Shown one piece after another: positions 8,349 through 17,697 of a DNA stretch of 64,000 nucleotides. Source of the stretch: Syntrophales bacterium (GTDB lineage Bacteria > Desulfobacterota > Syntrophia > Syntrophales > PHBD01); NCBI GenBank assembly GCA_963668175.1, contig OY764159.1, forward strand, positions 2,464,001 through 2,528,000, in the 5' to 3' direction. Under the pieces are notes generated by a model. That model made no database searches and was not told the DNA's origin. It worked only from the letters and a program-made list of their open reading frames with translations. How positions within the stretch are numbered: the first letter of the stretch is position 1; every line of letters begins with the position of its first letter. A program made the translations under genes and the position numbers.

Positions 8349-8780
8349 TTACCGGCACGTCCGGCACAGGCCGTATATCTCCATCTTGTGCCGATGGGGG
8401 ACGAAACCGTGCGCCTTGGCCAGCTCGTCCTGGAGGCGTTCGATCCGGTCGTCCTTCACTTCGATGAATTTGCCGCACTTAAGGCAGATCAAATGATCGT
8501 GATGTTCCCGGCCGATCTTCGGTTCGTAACGCGCCTTGTTGCCGCCGATCTTGATCTCCTCGGCAATGCCGCTTTCGCACATGAGCTTCAGGTTGCGGTG
8601 CACGGTCGCGAAGCCGATTTCCGGGTGCCGCTGCTTGAGGAGGGCGTGGAGGTCCTCCGCCGTAATGTGCTTTTCGGCCGAAAGGAAGGCTTCGGCGATG
8701 ACCTCGCGCTGCCGCGTGATGCGGAGCCCCTTGGTCCGAATATAGTCGAAAAAAATGTCCTTCGCCTTAACTGATTTCAT
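8349..8780 (-). CDS. fur: Ferric uptake regulator
   Basis: GLRITRQR, HITAEDL, IGFATVHRNL, HHDHLICLKCG, C-terminal CRTC; next to feo and Fur boxes. Confidence 0.95.
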   Translation of the reverse strand: MKSVKAKDIFFDYIRTKGLRITRQREVIAEAFLSAEKHITAEDLHALLKQRHPEIGFATVHRNLKLMCESGIAEEIKIGGNKARYEPKIGREHHDHLICLKCGKFIEVKDDRIERLQDELAKAHGFVPHRHKMEIYGLCRTCR

Positions 8781-8800
8781 AGCCGATCATTTGCCGTTAA

Positions 8801-8842
8801 TTGATAATGCTGATCAATATCAAAAAATGGGGAGGTTGTCAA
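8801..8842 (-). promoter_or_regulatory. fur promoter with overlapping Fur box (autoregulation)
   Basis: -35 TTGACA at 8837-8842; Fur box TTGATAATGCTGATCAA at 8801-8817 overlapping the -10/+1 region. Confidence 0.75.
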
Positions 8843-9126
8843 GACTTTTTTCTGAGGGCGTCTAAGGGCAGAGAGAAGATGAAGGCCGGTAGACGAAAGA
8901 CGATTGGTTTGTCGAAGTGCGGCGTCCGTGAGGATGCAGCGCGTTGCGTTATTCGACGCAGGAGCATCGTATGCAAGAGACGCAGCGAAAAAACCCATGA
9001 ACGGTTGACGAGGAAAAAGACGGGTAGGGAGGGGCGGAAGAAAGAACAGGAAAGAGAGAGAAGAAGGTTAAGAGATGGAGATGGTTTCCTGCCTCTCTTC
9101 CGCCACAAGAAAGAATAATAAGAGCG

Positions 9127-9152
9127 GGAGGGCGGACGGAATGCCGCCCTCC
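9127..9152 (-). terminator. Hairpin downstream of the acyl-CoA dehydrogenase (probable terminator)
   Basis: GGAGGGCGG-loop-CCGCCCTCC stem followed by a U-rich tract on the minus strand. Confidence 0.55.
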
Positions 9153-9190
9153 GTATGACTATATCTTGTCGGTTGAAACCTGTCGCGGCG

Positions 9191-10339
9191 TTACCGGGCG
9201 CCCAGAAGCTTGCGGGCGATGACGACGCGCTGGATTTCGTTGGTTCCTTCGTAAAGCTGGCAGATCTTGGCGTCTCTCATGTGACGTTCCGCCGGGTATT
9301 CCTTGCAGTAACCGTAACCGCCGAAGATCTGGACGCCTTCGATGGCCGCCTGCATGGCGACGTCGGAGGCATACATCTTGGCCATGGCCGATTCCTTCTC
9401 GTAGTCCAGTTCGTGATCTTCCAGCCAGGCGGCGCGCAGGAGCAGCAATTCAGCCGCGTCGAGCTGGGTGGCCATGTCGGCCAATTTGAACTGGATGGCC
9501 TGGAAGCTGGCGATGGGCTTGCCGAACTGGACGCGCTCCTTGGCGTAATTCAGGGCGTCTTCCAGGGCGGCCTTGCCGATGCCGCAGGCCTGGGAGCCGA
9601 TGCCGATGCGGCCGCAGTCGAGGCCGGACAGCATCTGCTTGAAACCCTGGCCGACCTTGCCGAGCAGGTTTTCCGCCGGGACTTCCGCGTCCTCGAAGAC
9701 CAGCTCGGACGTTCCGGATGCCAGGATGCCCATCTTCTCCTCGATCTTGCCGACGGAGAAGCCCTTGGTGTTCTTCAGGTCGACGATCAGGTTGATGACG
9801 CTCTTGTAACCTTTGGAGGGGTCCGTCGTGGCGGCCAGCACGCAGTACTGCGCGACATTGCCGTTGGTGATGAAGCGCTTGGTGCCGTTGACGATGTACT
9901 TGTCGCCCTTCAGTTCGGCCTTGCAGGCGAGCGCCGCGGCGTCGGAGCCTGCGCCCGCTTCCGTCAGACCGTAGCAGCCTTCAACCTTGCCGCTCGCTAC
10001 GGGGTAAAGGAAGGCTTTCTTCTGCGCGTCCGTTCCGTACATCTTTACGGGAAAACCGTAGAGGGAGTTGTTCACCGACACGATGACGCCGCAGCTTGCA
10101 CAGGCCTTGGAGATGGCGATCATGCAGAGGACGTAGGTTACGTTGTCCATGCCGGCTCCGCCGTATTCCACGGGGACGGCCACGCCCATGATGCCCATTT
10201 CGCCGAGCTTACGGACGATTTCCTGGGGATGACGATGGGTGCGGTCCAACTCCGCCGCGACCGGTTTGATCTCGGTTTCGGCGAACTTGGTCACCTGATC
10301 TTTTACCATTTGCTGCTCTTCCGTTAATCCGAAATTCAT
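9191..10339 (-). CDS. Acyl-CoA dehydrogenase (butyryl/short-chain-like)
   Basis: GLTEAGAGSDA, NGTKRFITNG, ERVQFGKPI, QIFGGYGY, RDAKICQLYEGTNEIQR. Confidence 0.97.
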   Translation of the reverse strand: MNFGLTEEQQMVKDQVTKFAETEIKPVAAELDRTHRHPQEIVRKLGEMGIMGVAVPVEYGGAGMDNVTYVLCMIAISKACASCGVIVSVNNSLYGFPVKMYGTDAQKKAFLYPVASGKVEGCYGLTEAGAGSDAAALACKAELKGDKYIVNGTKRFITNGNVAQYCVLAATTDPSKGYKSVINLIVDLKNTKGFSVGKIEEKMGILASGTSELVFEDAEVPAENLLGKVGQGFKQMLSGLDCGRIGIGSQACGIGKAALEDALNYAKERVQFGKPIASFQAIQFKLADMATQLDAAELLLLRAAWLEDHELDYEKESAMAKMYASDVAMQAAIEGVQIFGGYGYCKEYPAERHMRDAKICQLYEGTNEIQRVVIARKLLGAR

Positions 10340-10726
10340 TTCTTTCTCCTTCGATTATTAAATTAAACAAATCCTGATCGTCGTGATCCGTCTTTGCCTG
10401 ATGTGATCCCGTCATCATTGCAATGGCGGAAGCGATGACATTTTGCTTAGGTATTCCGCTCCTGCGGCAACGGTGGAGAAAAGGAGGGGAGGGCCGGGAG
10501 TCGTAGAACGCCGGCCCCCTCAAGGATGGACAGGCTGTCGACTGCTATCCTGTCTCTTCTGTGGAACCTATCGTCAAATGTCGTGTTCCGGATGCTTCGC
10601 ATCGCTTCCGAACGATGGTATATGTATAGTCCGTCAAACCGCGGACGCGTAAGTTTGTTCTATATGTTCTTTCCTTCCTCAAGTTACTGCGGTGTCGCGA
10701 AACCGGAACGAACGCCGGACATCGCG

Positions 10727-12109
10727 TCAAGCGGCATTGGCGCGTCTGCGGGCAGGCTGCGCCGTCGCCTTCTTGTTGCTCTTCCTCCAGATACCCAGTT
10801 TCTCCGCTTCCTGAATAAGTTCCTCCCGATGATCGGGATGGGAAATAGAGATGAGCGCTTCCGCGATCTCCCAGGTGCTCCGGCCCTTCAGGTTCACGAT
10901 GCCGAATTCCGTGACGACGTTGCTGACGATCGTCCTCGGGACCGTCACGATGGAGCCGGGGCTCAATGTCGGCCTGATCCTGGTTTTGGACTTGCCCGTT
11001 TTCTTGTCCGTCTGCGTGGACGTCATGCAGATGAAGGCCTTGCCGCCCCTGGATTGATGGGCGCCGAAGGTATAGTCGAACTGCCCGCCCGTGCCGGAGA
11101 TGTGCCTGGGGCCCGACGATTCGGAACAGACCTGGCCGTAAAGGTCGATCTCGACGGCGTTGTTGATGGCGACCATCTTGTCGATGGAGGCGATGCGGTA
11201 GGGGTTGTTCGTGTAGTCGACGGGGTAAGAGGCGCAGCAGGAGTTGTAGTCCATGAAATCGTACAGCTTCTGCGATCCAAGGCCGAAGGTGAAGACCATC
11301 TTACCCTTGTCCTCATGCTTCCTTTTGTTGTTGACCCGTCCCGCCGTATACATGTCGACATAGGCGTCGACCAGCATCTCGGTATGGACGCCGAGGTCTT
11401 TCAGGTCGGACTGGGCGATCATCATGCCCACGGCATTGGGCATGGCGCCGATGCCGAGCTGGATGACGGCGCCGTCTTCGATCTGGTTCACGATCAGGGC
11501 GGCGATCTGGTTGTCGCTGTCCGAAATAGCCGGCGCCGGCAGGCTGATCACGGGTTTGTTGTCCGATTCGATGATATAGTCGACATCGGAGATGTGGACC
11601 GATTCGTCGTAGCCGCCGTACACATAGGGCACCTTGTCGTTCACTTCGACGATGACGGTCTTGGCGCGACGGAGGGCGGCTTTCGCGAACGAGTTACAGA
11701 GCCCGAAATTGAAATAGCCCTTTTCGTCCATCGGTGCGACCTTGCCGATGAAGACATCCGTATCGATCACATGGTTGTCGTAGTGGGACGGGGCGACGTG
11801 GTACATGAGGGGTATGTAGTTGCAGAGCCCCTTGTCGTGGAGGACCCGGTCCCCGCCGCTGAAATGCCAGTTGTTATAAGTGATATGCTCCCGGCCGGGG
11901 TCGGCGTCGGCCGCGGCGCATATTCCGGGGTAGGTGACGGCGCGGATCTTGACGTCGTAAAGCTCATCGACGCGCTTTGCGAGCGCTTTATCGAAATATT
12001 CGGGTGCAAGGCCGAAATGGCCGTAATCGAGCCAGTCCCCTGACTTGACGACACCTGCGGCGCGTTCGGCCGAGACAAGTTTCTTTTTATAGTCTGCTTG
12101 ATATGACAC
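10727..12109 (-). CDS. Acetyl-CoA hydrolase/transferase family CoA-transferase (butyryl-CoA:acetate CoA-transferase-like)
   Basis: QLGIGAMPNAV, LGVHTEML, INNAVEIDLYGQVCSES, SGTGGQFD, VTEFGIVNLKG, ISISHPDHREEL; GTG start with SD AAGGAG. Confidence 0.95.
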   Translation of the reverse strand: MSYQADYKKKLVSAERAAGVVKSGDWLDYGHFGLAPEYFDKALAKRVDELYDVKIRAVTYPGICAAADADPGREHITYNNWHFSGGDRVLHDKGLCNYIPLMYHVAPSHYDNHVIDTDVFIGKVAPMDEKGYFNFGLCNSFAKAALRRAKTVIVEVNDKVPYVYGGYDESVHISDVDYIIESDNKPVISLPAPAISDSDNQIAALIVNQIEDGAVIQLGIGAMPNAVGMMIAQSDLKDLGVHTEMLVDAYVDMYTAGRVNNKRKHEDKGKMVFTFGLGSQKLYDFMDYNSCCASYPVDYTNNPYRIASIDKMVAINNAVEIDLYGQVCSESSGPRHISGTGGQFDYTFGAHQSRGGKAFICMTSTQTDKKTGKSKTRIRPTLSPGSIVTVPRTIVSNVVTEFGIVNLKGRSTWEIAEALISISHPDHREELIQEAEKLGIWRKSNKKATAQPARRRANAA

Positions 12110-12598
12110 GGTACGATAAACTCCTTTTTTAGATCAAGACATTACAGGATTTTCGAAGGGATGGACAATCGGCGTTTTACCCGATTTTTAGTAGGTGCCA
12201 GAGGAAATGTCAGACAGAGATATACGTGCAGAGTCGGATAAGAGTTATTCCGACGACCCCATAGGACAAAAAAGATGGTCTGACGAGTTGTGCCGGTGCA
12301 AGTCCTTTAATGGCGGGCATTTGCGGCGGCATGGCGCTGCCTTCCTTGACAGGCTTGAATGAGGAGGGGCACCGTCTGGAAATCCATACAGTATGCATGT
12401 AGACGATATTGTCGACAAAAAAATGATGATGCAAAAAAGAGGGATCAAGGGGGATGAACAAGTGCTGGTGCGGCGTTCGGCCATCCGCTCACGAATGGGC
12501 CTTGTCAGGGCGGATTCTTGCGGGTGTCCGTCAGGGGGGAGGGGAGACTCTGGGGCGGGTGGCGGCGAATCCTCTGCCGGCCTGGCTGTCCGCGGTCT

Positions 12599-12745
12599 CT
12601 ACAAGCCCTTCTTTTCACGGAGTTTAGCGATCTTCAAGGCCAGGATCAGCATCTGATGCTCCTCCTGGGAAAGAATCGACAACTCGGGTTCTATGTTCTC
12701 TTCTCCCAGCCGGTTCGGTACGGGTTGGGCGGTGCCTCTTTTCAT
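12599..12745 (-). pseudogene. Probable truncated XRE/HTH antitoxin-like fragment (48 aa)
   Basis: ...EEHQMLILALKIAKLREKKGL then TAG; resembles the helix preceding an XRE HTH, but the HTH is absent. Confidence 0.35.
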
Positions 12746-12919
12746 CTTTCGCATTCGCAGGAAATCTTCTCAGTCGTTCCTATATTCGCGCGTCCGCGCG
12801 GTCTTTATCATTCCCATCGGCACGGGGGAATAATAACACCTCGTCGGGGCGGATGTCAAACGATGCTTTGTGAAAAATCGTATCGGGCGGGATTGCCGCA
12901 GCGTTTATAACGGCAGTCT

Positions 12920-13537
12920 TCAAACGGGTTCCCCGCTCCGCCTTGCGACGTCTTTGCGGTAGGCCATGCGGCCGGCCTGGAGGAGATAGGCTTCCGCCAC
13001 GCAGTCGCTTCGGCTCCTGAACATGTCTCCCTCGGGGAGCTTGAAAGCGGCGAGCAGCCGCGATTCCAGGTCGCGGTGGGATTCGAGGGAACCGTCGGCG
13101 AGGATGTGGCGGACCGCGACGCCCAGTTCGGAAAGCTTCCGCGCCACGAGGATGGCCCGGTGGCAGTCGATCGGCTCCTTCTCGGCGCACATGAAGGCGA
13201 CGGTGAAATCTTCAGCGCCGCGCAGCACCCGCTCGATGCCGGAAAGAAAGAGGGCCGTTTCCGCGACGCGCTCGAAGCGGACGCGACCGTCCTCGTAGCA
13301 GGCGGGGTCCTCGCTCCGGGCGCCGAGTTCCTTTCCGAGGAAGACGTACTCGATCCGTCTCGACTTCAACGCCCCGGATATGGGCTTGCAACTGAACTGG
13401 GGCGCATGGCGGCTGTATGGCGCCGACCGCACGTCGGCGACGGCCGTCACGCCGTGTTTCTTCAGGAGCGCAACGAAAACATCCAGGGGATAATTGGAGT
13501 GGCCGATCGTGAAGACCGTAAGTTTTTCGGGATGCAT
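12920..13537 (-). CDS. DUF488 family protein
   Basis: FTIGHSN, VADVRSAPYSR, YVFLGKELGAR, MCAEKEPIDCHR. Confidence 0.92.
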   Translation of the reverse strand: MHPEKLTVFTIGHSNYPLDVFVALLKKHGVTAVADVRSAPYSRHAPQFSCKPISGALKSRRIEYVFLGKELGARSEDPACYEDGRVRFERVAETALFLSGIERVLRGAEDFTVAFMCAEKEPIDCHRAILVARKLSELGVAVRHILADGSLESHRDLESRLLAAFKLPEGDMFRSRSDCVAEAYLLQAGRMAYRKDVARRSGEPV

Positions 13538-13574
13538 GCGCGGTCTCTTCTGCCGGCGGGGCGGGGCCGGCGCC

Positions 13575-14609
13575 TCATTCTTTCCCGCCGTCCGGTGTCG
13601 CTTTGCCCTCAAGATGAAAGCGGCGGACGACGAATTCCCGCACCTGCCTCCGGGCGTCTTCGAGGGCCTGACGGTCTCCGCCGTAGTTCACGCCGTAGGC
13701 CACGCACGCCTTTCTGTAGGCATTCAGTTCGATGAGGGACATCTCCCGCCCTTCGCCGGGGAGATACGATTTCAGGGTGTCGAGATCGGTCTGGGCGGCG
13801 AACCCCCTCCAAGTCTGGTTGCGGGGAAGGTAACGGACGGGCCTGTCCACGTCGAAGCCGTGAAGCGCGCCGGGGTATTCGACCATGCGGATGTCCGCGC
13901 CTTTCTTGGCCAGCAGGGCGGTATTGGCGCGGCAATGGGCGATGTCGGAATAGTCGTCTTTGTCGCCGATGAGGTGGAGGATGGGGCTGCCGGTGGTGCG
14001 CCCGTACAGGGAGCAGCCGCCGTAAAGCGCGACGTGGAGGGCGTATTTCAGGCCGCCGGGGACTGCGGCGGCCCGGAACCGTTCGAAGGCCGTCGTCTGG
14101 GCGCCGTAGCCGCCCCGGGAAAAGCCGATGATCCCGATCCGCGCCGGATCGATCCGGGGGTGCGTCGCGAGCATCTGCAGGGCCCGGAAACCGTCCAGCG
14201 TCGTCGCCGTGTAGCTCAGGAGCGACTGGTCCGTCGCAGTGTTGCCGATCCCGCGCGGAGAAAAACTGTCCACGATGAAGGTTGCGATGCCCAGATGGTT
14301 CAGGAACGCCGCCCAATCGCGGGAGCTGCCCGCCTCCACGCCGCTGCTGCCGTGCATGACGACCATGGCCGGGAGCCTCCCGGCGCCGGCCCCCTCCGGT
14401 ATCGCGAGTTCGCCGGAGACGGTGTCCGTCATCCTCACCCGGCCCGTAAGGAGTTCCGCCAGGGTCGTGTTCCGGGCCGCCGACTTGAAAAGGACCTTGC
14501 CCGTTTCGCCGGCGGAGAGGTCCCGTTTCACGCCGTCGTTGCCGGCAAAGGCCGCAGCGGCAGCGACAAGAAAAAGGATCGAAACGCAGACGGTCAGAAA
14601 TTTTCGCAT
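13575..14609 (-). CDS. Secreted dienelactone-hydrolase-like alpha/beta hydrolase
   Basis: Signal peptide; VVMHGSSG, IDPARIGIIGFSRGG, GDKDDY, YPGALHGFD. Confidence 0.88.
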   Translation of the reverse strand: MRKFLTVCVSILFLVAAAAAFAGNDGVKRDLSAGETGKVLFKSAARNTTLAELLTGRVRMTDTVSGELAIPEGAGAGRLPAMVVMHGSSGVEAGSSRDWAAFLNHLGIATFIVDSFSPRGIGNTATDQSLLSYTATTLDGFRALQMLATHPRIDPARIGIIGFSRGGYGAQTTAFERFRAAAVPGGLKYALHVALYGGCSLYGRTTGSPILHLIGDKDDYSDIAHCRANTALLAKKGADIRMVEYPGALHGFDVDRPVRYLPRNQTWRGFAAQTDLDTLKSYLPGEGREMSLIELNAYRKACVAYGVNYGGDRQALEDARRQVREFVVRRFHLEGKATPDGGKE

Positions 14610-14676
14610 ATCGTTCTCCCGGGGGCTGTTATGAAATCGGCTCCGCCGCAAAGCTCGCCGTCATCCCTTCGCATGC

Positions 14677-15336
14677 TTACCAGATCCCCGGAAGAAGGCG
14701 CTTGCGCGTTTTCGCAAATTCCGCATAGCCTTCGATCTGCAAGAGCGTCCTCTCTTCCACGGCGATGCGCGCCGCGATGGAAGGAATCAGGGCGAAGAGA
14801 AAAACACAGGCGGTCGCCGCGTTCGGGAAATAGAGGGCGACGCCGAGATTAGCGGCGATCATGCCGGCGTAGGCCGGATGCCTTGTGAACCGGTAGGGGC
14901 CGGAATCGACGATCCGGTGGCCGTCCGTTGTACGGACGCGGTGAGAATAGAATTCCCCCAGCGTGCGGACGGCCCAGAGCCTGTAGCCGACGCCGCCGAG
15001 GAAGATAACGATGCCGGCGGCGTGGGCGGCGGCGGGCGTCTGCCAGACGGACGGAAACCAGAGTGCCGAAAGGATCGTGAAGGCCTGCGCCATGCCGTAT
15101 ATCTGGCAGGTTGCGGAGTCCGCGGTCTTTTTTCCCTCCGTGTTCGCGTCGCGGCGGGAAACGCGAAGCTCGACGATCAGCCAGAGGATATAGAGGGCGA
15201 CGAAAACCGTATCGAAATCGACGGGGTATCCGCGCCAGACGCCTGCCGCACGGATGTACCGGACGGCGGCGAGGGCGACGATGCCCGCGATGAGGGAAAA
15301 CCCCATCAGAAGCGGTATGTAATCCTTCTTAGGCAT
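14677..15336 (-). CDS. Isoprenylcysteine carboxyl methyltransferase (ICMT/PEMT) family membrane protein
   Basis: WAVRTLG, HRIVDSGPYRFTRHPAYAG, RIAVEERTL, YAEF..KRLLPGIW. Confidence 0.9.
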   Translation of the reverse strand: MPKKDYIPLLMGFSLIAGIVALAAVRYIRAAGVWRGYPVDFDTVFVALYILWLIVELRVSRRDANTEGKKTADSATCQIYGMAQAFTILSALWFPSVWQTPAAAHAAGIVIFLGGVGYRLWAVRTLGEFYSHRVRTTDGHRIVDSGPYRFTRHPAYAGMIAANLGVALYFPNAATACVFLFALIPSIAARIAVEERTLLQIEGYAEFAKTRKRLLPGIW

Positions 15337-15470
15337 AGGGAATAAACGGGTTGCGCGGCATCGGCACCGTGCGGAAAAAAGGCCGCGGCGCCTGCCGACC
15401 GCACTCTTGCATAAACAAGGTAAGTTATCAAACGGATATTTGCGGGAATAAAATCGGCGGCGGGGCCCGT

Positions 15471-15506
15471 AAAAAAAAAGGGCGGGACCGCTTATCGGCC
15501 CCGCCC
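15471..15506 (-). terminator. Intrinsic terminator after the second PEP-CTERM gene
   Basis: GGGCGGGGCCG-loop-CGGTCCCGCCC followed by T9 on the minus strand. Confidence 0.85.
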
Positions 15507-15531
15507 CGGGATTCTTTCGGACGGAAGAAAG

Positions 15532-16227
15532 TTATTTCCGCAATTTCCTCCGGATGCCCGCCGCGCCGATGAGGCCGAATCCGAGCAGCAGGATGGTCCC
15601 CGGCTCGGGAACGGGCGATGAGGATATCTTGACGATCATGTCGTTGTAGTCCTTGTCGCTCGCTGCAAGGGGCAGGTCTTCCATCCCCAGCCAGTATGTT
15701 CCGGAATCCGCCTGGAAGAGGGCGAAATGGTCGCCGTTGCCGTCTGTATACCAGGTGTTGCCGTTACTCTTGAAATAGAAGCCGTAGGCCGTACCGACGG
15801 GCATCGTGAGGGTGTAGGAGGCCCCGGCGCTGTCCGCGCCGGCGAAGATGGTGTGCAGCGCGGACTTGTTGCCCATGGCGAACCAGCCGAATTCGTTGAC
15901 GCCGGCATAGCCCGCCCATTCGAACTTAAGCGACAACTTCTCGGCAGATGCGTAGGTTAAACCCCAGGAAGAGACTGCCGTGCCGTCTATATTGGCGAGG
16001 TACTTGATGTTGCCCGGGTGTTCGTAGTCCGCCCGGCTCACGTAATCGCCGGTCTTGGTCAGGTAATAGCCGATGTTGGCGTAGCCGTTGCCGTCGGAGG
16101 AACGGTTGTCCCAGTATTCGCCGCCGTCGTTTCCGGCCGACGTCCATGATTTCCAGGTGTCCGCCTGGACGGACGGAGCGACGGCCAGCATGGCGGCCGC
16201 TATCGCAATGCAAATGATTTTCCTCAT
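15532..16227 (-). CDS. PEP-CTERM protein with DUF4114-like domain
   Basis: Signal peptide; GMEDLP...DKDYNDMIV; C-terminal PVPEPGTILLLGFGLIGAAGIRRKLRK. Confidence 0.93.
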   Translation of the reverse strand: MRKIICIAIAAAMLAVAPSVQADTWKSWTSAGNDGGEYWDNRSSDGNGYANIGYYLTKTGDYVSRADYEHPGNIKYLANIDGTAVSSWGLTYASAEKLSLKFEWAGYAGVNEFGWFAMGNKSALHTIFAGADSAGASYTLTMPVGTAYGFYFKSNGNTWYTDGNGDHFALFQADSGTYWLGMEDLPLAASDKDYNDMIVKISSSPVPEPGTILLLGFGLIGAAGIRRKLRK

Positions 16228-16695
16228 ACCCCTCACCCCTCGTTGATTTTGCGAAAACAATGACAAAAAGCTGCCGGCATCTGAAAATGAAAAACAGATA
16301 TTATATAGTCATTGATAGACGCGTGTATAATTAAGCATAACACCATGGTCCATGTAAAGCGAAATATTGAACCGACGTTGTCGAAACGCAGAAAACCATA
16401 ATATCTCTAGTGATTATAGAAAGATAAAAATATGTGCGATGCTTGGGTCGTTGCGGTGCAGGCCCGCGGGGAAAGACGATAAGCGGTATAAGCATTTCCG
16501 GGTGCGATAAAAAGCATAACGTTTGAGAGACGAAGAAAGCCGATGACCTGTCCCGGCGGGCCGGACGCATGGAATGGGATCATGGCCATAGGGGATGGCT
16601 CTTTGCGAAGCCGTACGGCGGCGGTCAAGGGTGCGGCAGGCAATGCTCCGGTCCGGTTGCGGCATGGCCGGGAAAAGCCGCCGGCCGCAGCAGTG

Positions 16696-17559
16696 TTACT
16701 TGTCGGTGTCCCGGAGGAAATCTTTGACGACGGCGCAGAAGATCTCCGGCCGTTCGACCTGGTGGAGATGCGAGGCCTTGGGGATAACGGCCATGCGGGC
16801 GGCGGGGAAGCGCTCCTGAAAGCCCTTCACGGTCCTGGCGTCCGCCTCGTCGCGGTCGCCGCAGGTGAGAAGGACGGGCAGGGCGATGTCCGCAAGCCTC
16901 GGTGTCAGGTCGAAATCTTTCAGTTTTCCCGTGATCGTGAATTCGCTTTCGCCCCACATGGTCCGGTAGACGTCCATGTTGAATTTCGAGAAAGCGGTCT
17001 GGAGGGAGTCCGGCCATGGCGACAGGATGCAGACGTGCTTCTCGTAATAGGCCATCGCCGCCGCCTGGTACGAGTCGCCGAAGTCGCCTGCCGCTTCGCC
17101 CGTTTCGATGGCCGATCGTATGTCCGGCGGCATCAGGGCGATGTTCCGCCGCTGGTCGGCATCCCAGGCCGGGGAGGAGAGATAAGGTGCGCAGAGCATG
17201 AGGCCCCTGATTCCGCCGGGTTTGGCGGTCAGCATGTATGCGCAGGCCAGCGCGCAGCCCCAAGAGAAGCCCATGAGGTACAGGGCGTCGAGCTTCAGCG
17301 CCGACCGCACGAAGGCCAGTTCGGCGACATAGTTTTCCACCGAATAGAAGCTGCTGTCGGCGGCGCGGTCGCTGCTGCCGCAGCCGAGTTGGTCGTAGAA
17401 CCAGACGGGGCGGCCCTCCCACAGGGCGTCGAGCCCGTCGCTCATGGACATGAAGCCGGGGCCGCCGTGCAGGACGAGAATGGGTATTCCCGGACGGTCT
17501 TCGCCGCAGACCCGGTACCATATCCGGCCGTTGGCCGTTTCAATCGTTCCTTCGCGCAT
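16696..17559 (-). CDS. Proline iminopeptidase-family alpha/beta hydrolase
   Basis: LHGGPG, YDQLGCGSSD, GFSWG, MWGESEFTITGKLKDFD, SHL. Confidence 0.9.
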   Translation of the reverse strand: MREGTIETANGRIWYRVCGEDRPGIPILVLHGGPGFMSMSDGLDALWEGRPVWFYDQLGCGSSDRAADSSFYSVENYVAELAFVRSALKLDALYLMGFSWGCALACAYMLTAKPGGIRGLMLCAPYLSSPAWDADQRRNIALMPPDIRSAIETGEAAGDFGDSYQAAAMAYYEKHVCILSPWPDSLQTAFSKFNMDVYRTMWGESEFTITGKLKDFDLTPRLADIALPVLLTCGDRDEADARTVKGFQERFPAARMAVIPKASHLHQVERPEIFCAVVKDFLRDTDK

Positions 17560-17697
17560 GCGTGCATCCTCCTTATGCCGGCGGTTTGCCGGAACGTTGC
17601 CTCCCGCACCTCCATGGCCATCTTCCCGGCTTTGCCGCCATGTGCAGGCTTCAGGCCCCGGGCGCGGACGCGGCGGTTCGCATCCAGGCGGCCAGGC

